The notes under the pieces were generated by a model. It saw only the letters and a list, made by a program, of their open reading frames with translations, had not been told where the DNA came from and searched no databases. A program made the translations under genes and the position numbers. Source: Vitrella brassicaformis CCMP3155 (Eukaryota; Protista; Chromerida). Taken from it: a stretch of DNA of 64,000 bases. Location: the NCBI GenBank assembly GCA_001179505.1, contig CDMY01000318.1, positions 59,215 to 123,214 on the forward strand, written 5' to 3'. Below, piece by piece: positions 23,744 to 35,538 of the stretch; within the stretch, counting starts at the first letter, position 1, and each line of letters begins with the position of its first letter.

Positions 23744-24170
23744 CTATCCTTTGCGGGCAGTCGGGAGCTCCGACGGCACCACCTCCATCGGTGACGCACC
23801 TGCATCAGACGTGCAAGGAAGACAGCTGTGACCTTTCTCTGTCCCCGAGAGAGTCGGGCCACAGTTGCAGTTCTGTTTGTGTCGATCTGCACCTATATCT
23901 ATTGGATTCAGCGTTGTGGCCTTCATCTTGACCAGCACCTGGTTGGCCTCCGTCGGCTGCATGCACACACACAGGCAGACACAGAGATGATGCGCAGCTG
24001 CGAAGCGTGCCTGCTTCAACGTACCTGCTTGTGCATATTTCTCTCTCTTCGTTGTCCAGACCAACCGCAGCTACTTGAAGGCAGAGAGGAGCAGCAGCGG
24101 TTTCAGAGGAGGAGCTTCGCGAGCTTGAATGGCAAGATCTCCCCATGATCTTTTGAGTTGAATGGCATGC
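23744..24170 (-). pseudogene. Fragment of a zinc-binding dehydrogenase / quinone oxidoreductase (MDR family) N-terminus
   Basis: PTEANQVLVKMKATTLNPID matches the MDR/QOR N-terminal motif. The upstream piece HAIQLKRSWGDLAIQAREAPPLKP cannot be spliced cleanly in frame, and no Rossmann domain follows. Confidence 0.4.
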
Positions 24171-24338
24171 ACACCGCCTACTGTTATCACCTGTTGCCCA
24201 TCGCAGCGACGACAGCTCTGGAGAGGATGGGATTGGCCACGGTTCCTGTCTGACACCATTGACGATGGGAGATGCACCACTGATCGCAAGATGCGTGCAG
24301 GCGTGAGTGATGAGTAATTGCACTGACCGTTCGTCTTC

Positions 24339-27300
24339 ATGGTGATGCCTCCGGCGGTCGTCCTTCTCGTCGTCTTCCTTGCCCTCTTATCGTCGTCCGT
24401 GGCGTCCTCGCCCCTCCAGCCCTCGGCGCTGCCGCCCCTCCCTCCAGGCTGGCGTGATCGCAGGCGGCTGAAGCTCTTGCAGCTCTATCGTGTCTTGCAA
24501 CCGGCTAATGATGAGGGAGGGTACAACATCCTTCCCTACACTGAGATGGAGGAGCTTGTGCGGTGCGATTCGTGTCAAGAGGATGCGGCGGCTCTGTTCG
24601 AGTGGTCTTACGAGGCTGGGTTGGTTCCCAACGAGACAAAGTCCATCTTTGAGGACAACCTGTGCGTCGTCCCCTTCATCACGTGTGTACGGCTGAGCGA
24701 GGCGCTGGCGGATGGCGGCCCGCGAAGGGCTACATCATCGGCCTGACGGGAACTGCCGAGGACAGGGAGATATCAGATGTGCCACAGATCCTGCAACAGC
24801 GACAGGCGGCGCCTTTGGTCTTCTCAGAGGCGTTTTATCGGCTGCGTCATGTGGTATGTTTCTGGGCCTATGAGCTACCTATGCAGGGGCGCTTAGATGA
24901 TGACATCGCCAAAGTGACCTCTTTGCGCGTTTTCTACCTGAACGCCGTGGTGATCTGCATCTGAAACGTATATTCATTCACCTGCATGCTCGTTTGTGTG
25001 CTTGTCATGCCAGAAGGGCGTGGAGGGGCCGCTTCCCACTACCATTGGCGAGTTGCCTTACCTGAAAGGGCTGCACATTTGGAGAGAGATGATCTCAATC
25101 AGCGGTCCCATCCCGGCCTCCGTCACCAATCTGTCGCGCCTCGAGGTCCTCGTGCTTGGAATGACAGGCCTCTCAGGGCCCATACCTGAAGACATCGGCA
25201 GCCTCCGACGCCTGCGAATCCTACTGATTTCGAGAAACAGACAGATGGAGGGGCCTTTTCCAGCGAGTGTGACGTCTTGCCGCAATCTGACCCACGTTGA
25301 CTTCGACCGCAATGGCCTGGTGGGTTCTCTGCCTGGCGATCTGGGCTCCCTGTTTCACGTAGAGTTGCTGGATCTGAGGAATAATCGGCTGGATGGGCAG
25401 CTGCCTTGGTCACTGGTGCGGCTAAGTCGGCTGCGATGGCTTACTCTGGAGAAGAATGAGTTCAGTGGCCCATTACCGGAAGACTTTGGCATCAACATGG
25501 ACAGCCTAGAATATCTAGATGTATCGTTCAACAACGTAAGCAGGACGTTATCAACAGACCCACGTGTGTTCCAAAGACACCTACTCTGTGTATGTGTGTG
25601 TCCATCAATGTGTATCTCAGTTTTCCGGTCCCCTGCCGGCTTCCCTGGGCAATGCTGGCAATCTCACGTACCTGTACGCGGAGAGGTCGGGTTTCAGCGG
25701 CGAGCTGCCTCGGTCACTAGTGCGGCTGACGCAACTACGGCAGCTGTTTCTGGAAAACAATGGGTTCAGTGGCTTGTTGCCGGACGGGCTTGGCACCAAT
25801 ATGGACGATCTGCACCTTCTCAAATTGTCACGCAATAACGTAAGACTCACATATGTATGCAAGTTGCCGTTGAGTCTACTCATATCTCTCTCCTATCAGT
25901 TCTCCGGTCCACTGCCGCCTTCCTTGGGGAACGCGGGCAATCTGACGTCTCTGTGGCTGCAGGATCAGTCACCGGGCTTCAGCGGCCCCTTGCCAGCAGA
26001 GCTGGGAAAGCTGGCCAATTTGCGGGAAGTTTGGCTGGCTATACAGACATATCTACATAGGCACATTCTCGTGACAATGTTTGTCTGTGCAGTTCTCGGG
26101 CGCCCTGCCGGATACTCTGGGGGGCTGGAGGTCGGTTGAGTACCTGGATTTAAGTGACAATGACTTCAGCGGCACCCTGGAGCCGCTCAGCAACCTCATC
26201 TCGCTCAGAATGCTCTGGCTAAACAACAACTCGGGGAGAAGCAAGAGAGGTGGGAGGGGGTGCGATTCGCCGAATAGTTATGTGTGTGTTTCAGTTCAAA
26301 GGCCATCTGCCCGTCGGCTTTCAGAGCTTTGTGAATCTCACCGAAGTTCATGCAGAGAACAACCAGTACGGACGCCGTGTACATGCCTATATGCAAACAT
26401 GCGAAATTCTGGCGTGTGTGTCAGGTTGGTGGCTTTAGTGGATCGCGACCCAAGTGGTCCGGGGTACAGGAGCCTTCGAAGGCTGGACCTCGCCTTAAAC
26501 CGTCTTAATGGGTCCATCGATCTGTCTGTCTTTCGAAACCTCCGGGTGGCCGACCTTGACGGCAACCTCATCACGGGCTTCGCCGGCAACGGCTCCGTGC
26601 CACAATCGTAAGGAGGACAGACACCAGTTTGAGAAAGATGGTGCCTAGGTGTGTGAGTGGGCATCGATGTGTGCATGGATCAGGTTGCAGATATTGAGTT
26701 TGAGAGACAACTTGTTTACCGCCCTGCCGGAGGGCTTCCGCTCAATGCCCAACCTCTGGGGACTCTACCTAGCTAACAACCACATCAGCCAGTGGCCCAA
26801 TTGGGGAGGCACACCGCCCGGGTTCTGCAATATTTGGCATATCGGTGAGGTGATGTTCCCCACATGATGAAGGAATCATTATGGTAGGAAACGAATTTCT
26901 GTATATCTCTGCGCTTCCGTCAATACGACAAACGAGTGGCAGGGGATGAACATTTTAGTGATTTGCTGCACGGCGAGCCCCCGCCCGACTGGGGGTCCCT
27001 GGCTAACCTCGACATCTCCAACAACCCCATCAACGTTGACGTGACCGAGTTTTTCATGCCCCTCAAGTGGCAGACAAGGTAGTCACGCAATACTGGCGCT
27101 CTGACAATTGCCTGCTTGTCTCTTTGGAACGTGTGATAGTCTGGTGAATCTGGACGCATCGAATTGCAGTCTGCACGGCCCATTGAGATGCGATGCCTTC
27201 TTCGCATTCGACAGAAACGATTTGGAGCGAATCAGCATGAACTCGTCGCGTTCGGTCTCCCCCTCTCCCCCCCTAAGCACACGCAAGTATCGCTGTCTGT

Positions 27301-30300
27301 GTTGTCCTGTGCAGTTTTCGAGCAGTGGTCTGTTCGTGTTGGATCCAAAGTGGTCCTTTCCCAACCTGGCGTACGTCTCTCTGAGTGATAACAAAATCAC
27401 CGCAATCGACACAAACAACAGCTGGTGGCTGGAACAGCTCTACCACGCAGACTTCCACAATAACTCACTCGTGCGCGTAACCAATGGCGGCGTCAATGGC
27501 GTGCCAATCGAAGGTCGCTCCTTGTTTACCGCCGACTACGCGAGCTTCACAGGGAACCCGGGCCTGAGAAGTAAGACAAGTGAACAGTTCGTGAGCCTTG
27601 TACCTATAGAGGTGAGCAAGAAAGCTCCGAGCAATGCTTCGGACGCATCATGTATATTGGTGGGTGTGCAGCTGTAATGTGTCTATGATCATCTGTATCA
27701 TTGCGCGTGGATGTCAGAAGTGCCAGGATTTGCGGAACTCCAGCGAGATCGAGTTGAGGTTTCTCGAAAAGCGAGAAAAGCTGTTTCACCAGGGAGATGA
27801 GGGAGATGCCTTCTATCGATTGGGCATTCATCGATTGGGCGAATCCAGACCACTGGTGCCCGACCCTCAGGGTGAGTTACATACCAGATATCACTTGTGG
27901 ACTGGGTATGGTTTGATGTAGGATATGTGGTGCAAAGAGTTGATGACGGTGACGAGCACTTCGAGTGCACGGAGTTGTGCTCCGAACTCAATCAGATTAA
28001 GGTCAGCTGCCATCGAGCAGCACATGCATGTAGCACGAGTATGCACGCATACTCACTGTGATTTTTGTGCCAGGTGGACTATACCTTTGATTCGGATGCT
28101 CTTTGTCGGTGTCTGCCTGGCTACGAGGGCACCGGCATCAACTGCACCAAATGCCCGGCGGGCACATACTCAAACAGACAAGCTGGCACTCAAATATGCA
28201 AACGATGCCCCGATGATGCTGGTCAGCATTTGAGGATAAGCTGCCACTGGGCGTCACCGTCGGTCTATGTGCATGTGTGTGCAGGTTCTGAGGAGGGTTC
28301 GGCTGCGTGTTACTGTCGCCTTGGTTACGAGAGGCGCGGCGACGAGCCGTGTGAGCCGTGCACAGCGGGGTCGGTCGGCGTGCGCAAGGGCGGCAGTGGC
28401 GGTGGCGGGAGTCGCGGGACGTGGATCTGCCAGAACTGTTTGTTTGGTGTCGACTGCTCGGTGCCCGTCAACTACAACGCGAGCGTGCTGCCGGGATTCT
28501 TCCAATTGACCGTTCACCTGTCGGATGCCTCATCCGTCAACGTCACACGAGAAGTGGCGACGTAAGCATGAGAGCCGACAACGACAACGTAGCCGAGAGG
28601 CAACAGACATGAGAGTGATATGTGGGTCCTCTGTTCAGGTACAGCGCTGGTTTGACACTGTTGCCCGTCGTGATGCCGTGTCCACTGCTGTCCGCATGCA
28701 GAGGCACCAACAAGACTAATGGGCTCAACATATGCTCGGTAAGATTGAGCGTCGCCTTTTCTGATGTGCGTATGCCTTTTCTGCGTGTCACGTAGGAGGG
28801 GCATGAGGGTTTTGTGTGCAATCGGTGCAGAGCGGGCTTCTCGCGGCAGACCCCCCAGCAGCCGTGCGCCCCGTGTGCCCCCCTGTGGCAGATTGCTGTC
28901 GTCAACGTGCTGCTCGCAGTCGCCACTCTGATGGCCTTTTTCATCCTCACCGCACTGGCGAAAAGGTTAGCACACAGCCGTGTATCCACCCCACAAGCCC
29001 ACCAATCGACATTCCTGCTATCTGTGTTCAGGGGGGCGGCGTCTCCGCGCGCTGAGGTTCCGTCCCAGCTGACCAAAATAGGGCTCTCCCACATTACCGC
29101 CGTACGCCGCGACAGATCAGGCACATGCACTCTTCTTTCATCATTCTTCTCTCTTGCCGTGTGTATGATTGTGCAGGTGTGTGGTTTGGCCTTTGTCGTG
29201 TTCGACGAGTCAATCTGGGGCGACCAGATAGCCTCGCTGGTCGGGCCATTCTTCGCGTGGGACGGCGGGGTGCCGCAGAGCTATCAGGTGTGGGAGTGCG
29301 TGCTGAGGCACGACAAATGCGTGCTGTATCGCCACGCCATGTGGCTGGCACTGCCTCTACTCTGGCTAACCATTGCGCCCCTCGTTGGTAAGCACATACG
29401 GACGCTGATCCATAGTGCCTCTGATCGGTGAACTGACACGCACGCACAGTCTGAGAGACAATGAGCTGTGCTCATCTATGCTCGTGTCGTGACTGCAGCG
29501 AGCGGTATTGACCGAGCACGTCGTTCGTTTAAGCCGAGACGGCGCATCGGCAACGACGACTCAATCTCTCTCGCCACCGACAGCTACCTCCGGTCCCTCT
29601 CGGCGCCGCCATCGGTGACCGATGGCAAACGAGAGGAGGCCGCCGCCAAGGGCCCTTACCAGCGATCGGTCACCTTCCAGGAGGACTCGCGGGCCGAGCC
29701 AGTGACACCGCCCTCCTGCCAGCACTCTTTTGTGCAGCGCAATTCCAGCCGATGGCGGCAGTTGTTCGACGACCGCGGCACGATGATGGTCGTAGTCCTG
29801 ACGCTAATCCACCCCACAGTCACCAAGAGTATGCTGGCCCTCCTGCAATGCCGACCATATCCCTTTGTGGACACCGTCATCCCCATCGCAGAGGGCGAGA
29901 GTGTCAGTCTGCTGTCCACTGACCCGGCGGATGTCATGAGGAGGAGAATGGACCTCGACTCGGACGTCATCTGTGGCTCTGCCGAACACGTGCCCTTCCT
30001 TTGGATCGCCGTGGCCGGCCTATCTCTGTGGACGTTAGCCCCTGTGGTATGCGGCGTGGCGTTTCTGTGGCGGCACAGAGACGGCCTGCAGGACCCCCAC
30101 ACGAGGAGACGCGTGGGCTTCCTCTATGCCGGCTACCGAAAGCCCTACGTCTTTTGGGATGCCGTCCTCGCCATGAGGCGTGTGTTGGTGCTGCTGATCG
30201 CCCAGCAAGCGACGGCGCAGCCCCGCCAGCAGCTGCTGGGCTGGACGGTGGTGGCCGCTGTGTGTGTGGCGCTGCAGCTCACTGTGTGGCCGTTCGACCG

Positions 30301-32046
30301 CGGCAGCATGGACATCCTGAATCGGACCGAGCTGCGTGGGCTGCTGGTGTGGCTCATGTCGCTCTTCGTGATGCAGTTCGTGGTCATGCTGCCCGAGGGG
30401 ACCTCTTTGGCACTGACGATCGCCCTCGTGCTGGCGGTCATTGCGGCTAACCTGGTGCACTATGTCATGCTGACGGGGCAGATATGCCGCTATGGTCTGC
30501 TGCAAGTGGGCTACAGATTCACCGCCCTCACCGACCGCAAGAAGGCCATCGGTGAGGGCGCGGAATCATTGTCTCATTCTGTCTGCTGACGCCGTCTCTG
30601 TGGTTTCATTCAGCCCGCGTGATGTCAGGTTGTGTGACGGGCCCGCTGGTGTCGTGGCTCATCCACCAAGAGGAGGACAGACGGCGGGTCTCACCGAAAG
30701 TATTCTATGACTGGTCGAGTGCGGCTCTCTCTGCAGCAGACGGTCCACGTGCTGCATCAGGGGGGTGCCGGCCCTCAAGTGGGCCGGTGTATCTGGTGGT
30801 GGCGGCGATGCAGCTGATGTCGGCCGCCGTGCAGGACGCCATCGAGACTCTCAAACTCACACACGTGCCCGGCGACTTGTAAGCACATACGCCCACAAGA
30901 ATCCACAGCAGACAAGAGGCCTGTTTGTCTGTTTGTATGTCTGTCTGTCTGTCTGTCCGTCTGTGTGGTGGGTCAGCCAGGAGTTTCTGTGGAGTCACGC
31001 CGTTCTCGTTCAGACCCTGCCGCAGAAGAGGGTGGAGACGCGCAGCCGCAGAGGGGGCCAGGTGGTCGTGCACCTGCCGAGGCCCGACGACCGCACAGCC
31101 AGAGTAGTAAGACAACGGAGAAAGAAGGGCACCGTGTTGTGGTGGTAACGGGGCGACTTGTGTGTGTGTGCAGGGGTTGCGGCAGATGGGCACAAGCGAC
31201 CTCTCCAATGCACTCCGAAGACAATGCCCCGACAGATGTAAGCTTTTCGTCAGTCCACACAGGTGCCGACAGGGTGGTGATGCGTGCAGCGTCCACCCTA
31301 TTGGAGGCCGGAAAGACCTATGATGATGAACCAAGTGGCCCGCTGGGGGCCCCCCACATCGACACACGTCCCGCAGACAGGTCCGGACGACACAGAGAAT
31401 TGCCATTGAGAACACTCTCTCACGCCGTGTCTTTGTGTGTCAGCAGTGGTCAGGCTGCTGTCGTGTCGGCGGGCATCACCTTATATGACCTGCAGGCCAA
31501 TTTGTGCTATGTGGTGGACGAGCTTGTCACCAGAGAGCAGCTGCACCAGGCGGCCCTTAGGCGGAGGGCCGACGGCGGCGACCTGGACAAGGCCGACACT
31601 GAGGGCCACACTGGCGGCTGGCGGGGGCTCTACGAGGCATTCCGGAAGGCCAAGCGGACGCTCATCGAGGCGGGCAGCCCGCCGGTTTGTCAGAGAGAGA
31701 GATGTACGCTCGTGTGTCTGTCAGTACTCATGTGTTGTTGGGCTGGTTGCAGGAGGCCATTCCGGAGATTCTCGCGAGCCTGGCGCCCACCGTGGTGGAT
31801 ACGCCATGTGGCGATAATGCAGAGTGCACGTCGGTGAGTGGGGCGGCGTCGCTCGTCGGCTCGACCCAATCGCGGCCGAGCGACAGCCCCGCCGCCCTGA
31901 CGCCCCCCTGCCACAGTCTCACGCGAGTGGATTGGCATCGGCTGAGCAGTGACGATAAAGACAGCCTGGCCGTATTGGTGTCCTCCGAGGCCGTCTATGA
32001 TGCCCTGACCACCATCAGGGCCGGCACTGATGAGGACGACAGCTAG
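24339..32046 (+). CDS. Large receptor-like protein: signal peptide + plant-type LRRs + Cys-rich (GCC2/GCC3, EGF-like) repeats + multipass TM domain + cytoplasmic tail
   Basis: Signal MPPAVVLLVVFLALLSSSVASS. Many LxxLxLxxNxLxGxLPxxLG repeats (25000-27450). CRCLPGYEGTGINCTKCPAGTYS, CEPCTAGSVG and CNRCRAGFS...PCAPC. TM block with VVVLTLIHPTVTKSMLALLQC and RRVGFLYAGYRKPYVFWDAVLAMRR. The tail exons 30620-32046 are less certain. Confidence 0.82.
25401..26000 (+). repeat. Tandem duplication (~304 nt period) of an LRR exon-intron-exon unit
   Basis: ctgccttggtcactggtgcggct...aacaac|gtaag...ag|ttttccggtcccctgccg at 25401 is mirrored by ctgcctcggtcactagtgcggct...aataac|gtaag...ag|ttctccggtccactgccg at 25705, with the intron at the same codon position. 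Confidence 0.8.
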
Positions 32047-33322
32047 CTGACCAGCCGACGGCAGACGCCTCGTGGGCACCAAGCAGAGAAAGATGTGCGT
32101 GCCTGTCCAATCTCTCCCTCTTGCCGTCCTTGTGGGTGTGTCCAGCGACATGGATGACATGTGTGTGCGCATGGGTGTATCATACTCATGGCGTGTGTGT
32201 TTGAGTGTGTGTCTTGTGTTTGTCCATTCTTATCTTTTGCCTCTTTATTCCTCGGCGTCGCGTCGATCGGGTGAGGCATCTGTATGCACGAGATTGTGCT
32301 GTGCATCATTGTGTGGCCGTAGTCGGCTTGTGTCTTTCATTCCGTCATGTATGCGACATGGTCAGTCAGCAGACGCTGTACCGCAGCTGTGAACTGCACG
32401 TGAGTGGGTGTCTCGTCTCTGCCTGCCAAAGCTGGCCCTGTTCCCTGCTGTGCAGTGAGAACACGTTCTCACGGGAAACAGACTCGAGCTCCTTCTCATT
32501 CAAACAGACTCGAGAATGGCCAGGAAGTGAATGAATGAATGAATGAGTCATTCACTTCTGAGACCTCTTTGCAATGGTGAATGGATGCCTGACTGATTGA
32601 TTGATTGATCAAGCTGAACATAGATACGAATCAGCCATTTGTAGACGGCGCTGAAATAGCTGACCCTGAGTGAGCGTGTCGAATGCCTCTATGTGTTCGT
32701 ACCTGGTCGTCTCATTTTCATTACCTCAACGCATAGCAGCACAAAGAGCGAAAATGAGCGCCTGTCTCTTATATCCATTTAATCAGCCATCCACCCATGG
32801 CCATCGATATCACTCACTCACTCACACAAAACAAGCAACCAGCAATCATGAGTCTCACCTATTGCTACCGGTCCTATCGAACTCATCTACACAGCCCGAA
32901 GTGACGATTGTATCTGTCTACTGGGTGATCCATTTCGCACGGATGACGAAAATGTACACGGTAGGTACGCCACGTGATTTATGCATTTGATTTGCGGCTG
33001 AAACTACCGCTGTGATCTGCTTCTTTACGTTGATATGTGTCCGCGAAGGGGGTCATGCGTGCGAGTGAGTGATGGAGTACATGAGTAGATGCCAGTGACC
33101 TCTCTCTTCCTGCCCTTAAATTTATCCGATACTGTCTCTCAGGGATGGCATTCCCAACTCTCAGCCTCTGGTCATTAGTCCATCCATCTAGTCACCACTC
33201 ACAGGCAGAGAGACGCATGAGTCGGTCAACCGCTGGTGGGTGTCTGGCAGAATTGCCAGCACCCGCAGCCAACCCAGCAGAGGCGGTCGTTCCTTCTCCT
33301 TCTCTCACGACGCGGGCCCTCA

Positions 33323-34775
33323 CTAGTCCACTCGCTGTAGCTTGATGCCCATCTTTCCTGTAGCAACACGGCGAAACACACAAGAGACACCATCACACCC
33401 TTATTGGGAATATTTGTCCACCATTACCCGTGTCGTCAAGAAACACGGGTTGGATGAGCCGGAGCCCTTCTTTTTCGACCAGGTGGATGAAGTAGTCGAA
33501 GAGGAGACTCAGTGCTTGAAAATCTCTGAGCCAGCAGATCTCGACTCCAAGCCTTATAGGGCGCGAACAGACCGTATTCGAAAGGGGTCTGTTACAGTGG
33601 CAGGCCTTGCCCTCGAAGAAAGCCTAACAAACCAATAACAAACCGCCCGCCGGCACCTATAAAGATGTGTCTCATTCAGTCAATGCCCGCATACCGGGAT
33701 GGTGTCGACGATGATCGTACCGGCCTAATGGGTTGTTGACACACACAGAGGAGAAGAAGGATCTATCAGAGGAGACACAGATTGCCGGCGCATTCTGACA
33801 CGCATTGGTCACCGGCGCGAGGAGGGCCCGCATATTCTGCCAGAATGAAGAAATGAGCTTGAAGTGCGGCAGAAACTCCCACATCTCATTGTAGTTCATC
33901 TGGGCCACTTCTGGATGGTCATTTCAGGACGGTTGCCAGAAGATATCTTGCGGGCAATACACGAGGACGGCGACATTGAAATGGTTGAGTGGAAGATGGA
34001 GGTTTTGGTGGGCAGAAGCCACCTGCACGCATTCATCAAGTGACTCTCCTTTCTTTGCCTTGACTCTTCACTTGACACTTCACCTGTTTTTTGTCGGCGA
34101 GGTCGAGCTGCCGGAAGTGTGGCAGACGGGACTCAGTGAATCCCTCCCAGAGCAGCCCCGGGTTACGCCGAGTGGTTTCAGTGAAGTTCCTGACATCATA
34201 GACGTAACGGTGGTCTTCCGTCTCATACTGCACTGCGCCCCTCTCTGTAAAGTATCCGCTGAGCTTTCGCGGCATTGTCTTCTCGGGGGGACCCCTGTCT
34301 TCTGGAGCGGCACTCGCATCCTTTATCCAGTCAATGAACGCGAGATCTCTAAGGTACGCGTCCCAGGTCCTGTAGAGAGACAGACAGACAGACGCAATGA
34401 GAAGATACACGTCGATTGCCATCTGTACAGGCAGGCACTGGACATGCGGACCAGCCTGAGATGTCTGAGGGCCCCTCCGGCTGCGAGAAGAGATAGACCA
34501 GCTCATTTCGAAGGTCGTGAATGGGGAAGTGACATCCTGCATGACAGCGTGCAAAGGAAAGTCGGGGCCATGCGCTCAACTTGCGGGAGCTCTTTTGTTT
34601 GCATACCCAGGAGAACGGTCGGGACCGGGAAATCCTGAGATCCGAGTATGGCCTGGCCAGGACCGATACCCGCACCGGCGGAGACGTTGTGGCGCCAACC
34701 GAGCGTCCCTGGGAGGCAGCTCAGCAATGCCAGCACATGGAAGGACGCCAGAACAACACAAGGATGGGGCAGCAT
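33323..34775 (-). CDS. Signal-peptide-bearing protein with class I SAM-methyltransferase-like C-terminal motifs
   Basis: Hand-spliced: MLPHPCVVLASFHVLALLSCLPGTLG...FRQLDLADKKQ/VASAHQ...HFNVAVL/MNYNEMWEFLPHFKLISSFWQNMRALLAP/AGTIIVDTIP/AFFEGKACHC...LRLIQPVFLDDT/GKMGIKLQRVD*. No clear GxGxG motif I was found. Confidence 0.5.
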
Positions 34776-35269
34776 GGTCCTCAAGCACGCACCTTCTCCA
34801 CGCGGACAGGCACTGGCAGTCTTGGCCCGCCGTCTCCCGCCCCCACCTACGCCCCCACCCTCTCGCAGCAGAAAAGGAAGCGTAAGCAAAAGCGAAGGCA
34901 GTAGTTTCACACAAACCGTGGGAGAAGGCTGCAAACCACAGAAAAGTCACCTCCTACGGCCTGCAGCCCGGCCAGGAAAATTTGCAGACTCGGTGCGCGT
35001 TGGCGGACAGGATGACTTGACAAATTCCTGAATCATCGCCCAGTTAGTTGTGAATGGGTCTTCATTTAATGAGTGTGGCCAAGGATGGTGAAAGGGTTGG
35101 TTGATAACAAAGAGAGAGACACACACATCCACAGAGATGCAACACAGACGGATAGACACACAGACAGCCACGGACGTCTCACAGTCCATCCGCCAAGGCA
35201 TTCAAGTAATTGACCACAGACAGGCAGGCAGGCATACAGAAGGTATGCGCCTCACTCAGGGACGCTCCC

Positions 35270-35400
35270 GTGACTGACTGACTGACTGACTGAGTGAGTG
35301 GATGGACACCTGCTGGCTGCACATCCACCCACCCACACACACATACAGGGCGGGAGAAAAGCCCCCGTCCGTCCGTCCGTCCGTCCGTCCGTCCGTCCAC
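35270..35400. repeat. Compound microsatellite block ((GACT)n, (CA)n, (CCGT)n), representative of many intronic and intergenic SSRs
   Basis: tgactgactgactgactgactgag...cacacacacac...ccgtccgtccgtccgtccgtccgtccgtcc is directly visible. Confidence 0.9.
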
Positions 35401-35538
35401 CCCTCTTCAGCCACTGGCTGACTCCATGACGCACGAGCCTATCTGCCGCCCATTGCAACCGACACGTTCAGTCCATCCCCCTCTGTCTGTCTGTCTGTCT
35501 GGCACGACCTTGATGCACTCATCCACTCACTCATTTAC

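Noticed and set aside
27770-27830. KLFHQGDEGDAFY resembles the start of a cyclic-nucleotide-binding domain
   Set aside because: Only about 13 residues match, the rest of the beta-barrel and phosphate-binding cassette is absent, and it lies in the predicted extracellular part.
32100-33300. Comparatively AT-rich stretch considered as a transposon remnant or ncRNA
   Set aside because: No terminal repeats, transposase or RT motifs, or recognisable RNA structure were seen.
33909-33962. Apparent in-frame TGA (33924-33926, minus) in the methyltransferase-like gene, a possible selenocysteine
   Set aside because: A 63-nt GT...AG intron (gtgtattg...gtggcccag) removes it in frame and gives the more sensible FNVAVL-MNYNE junction.
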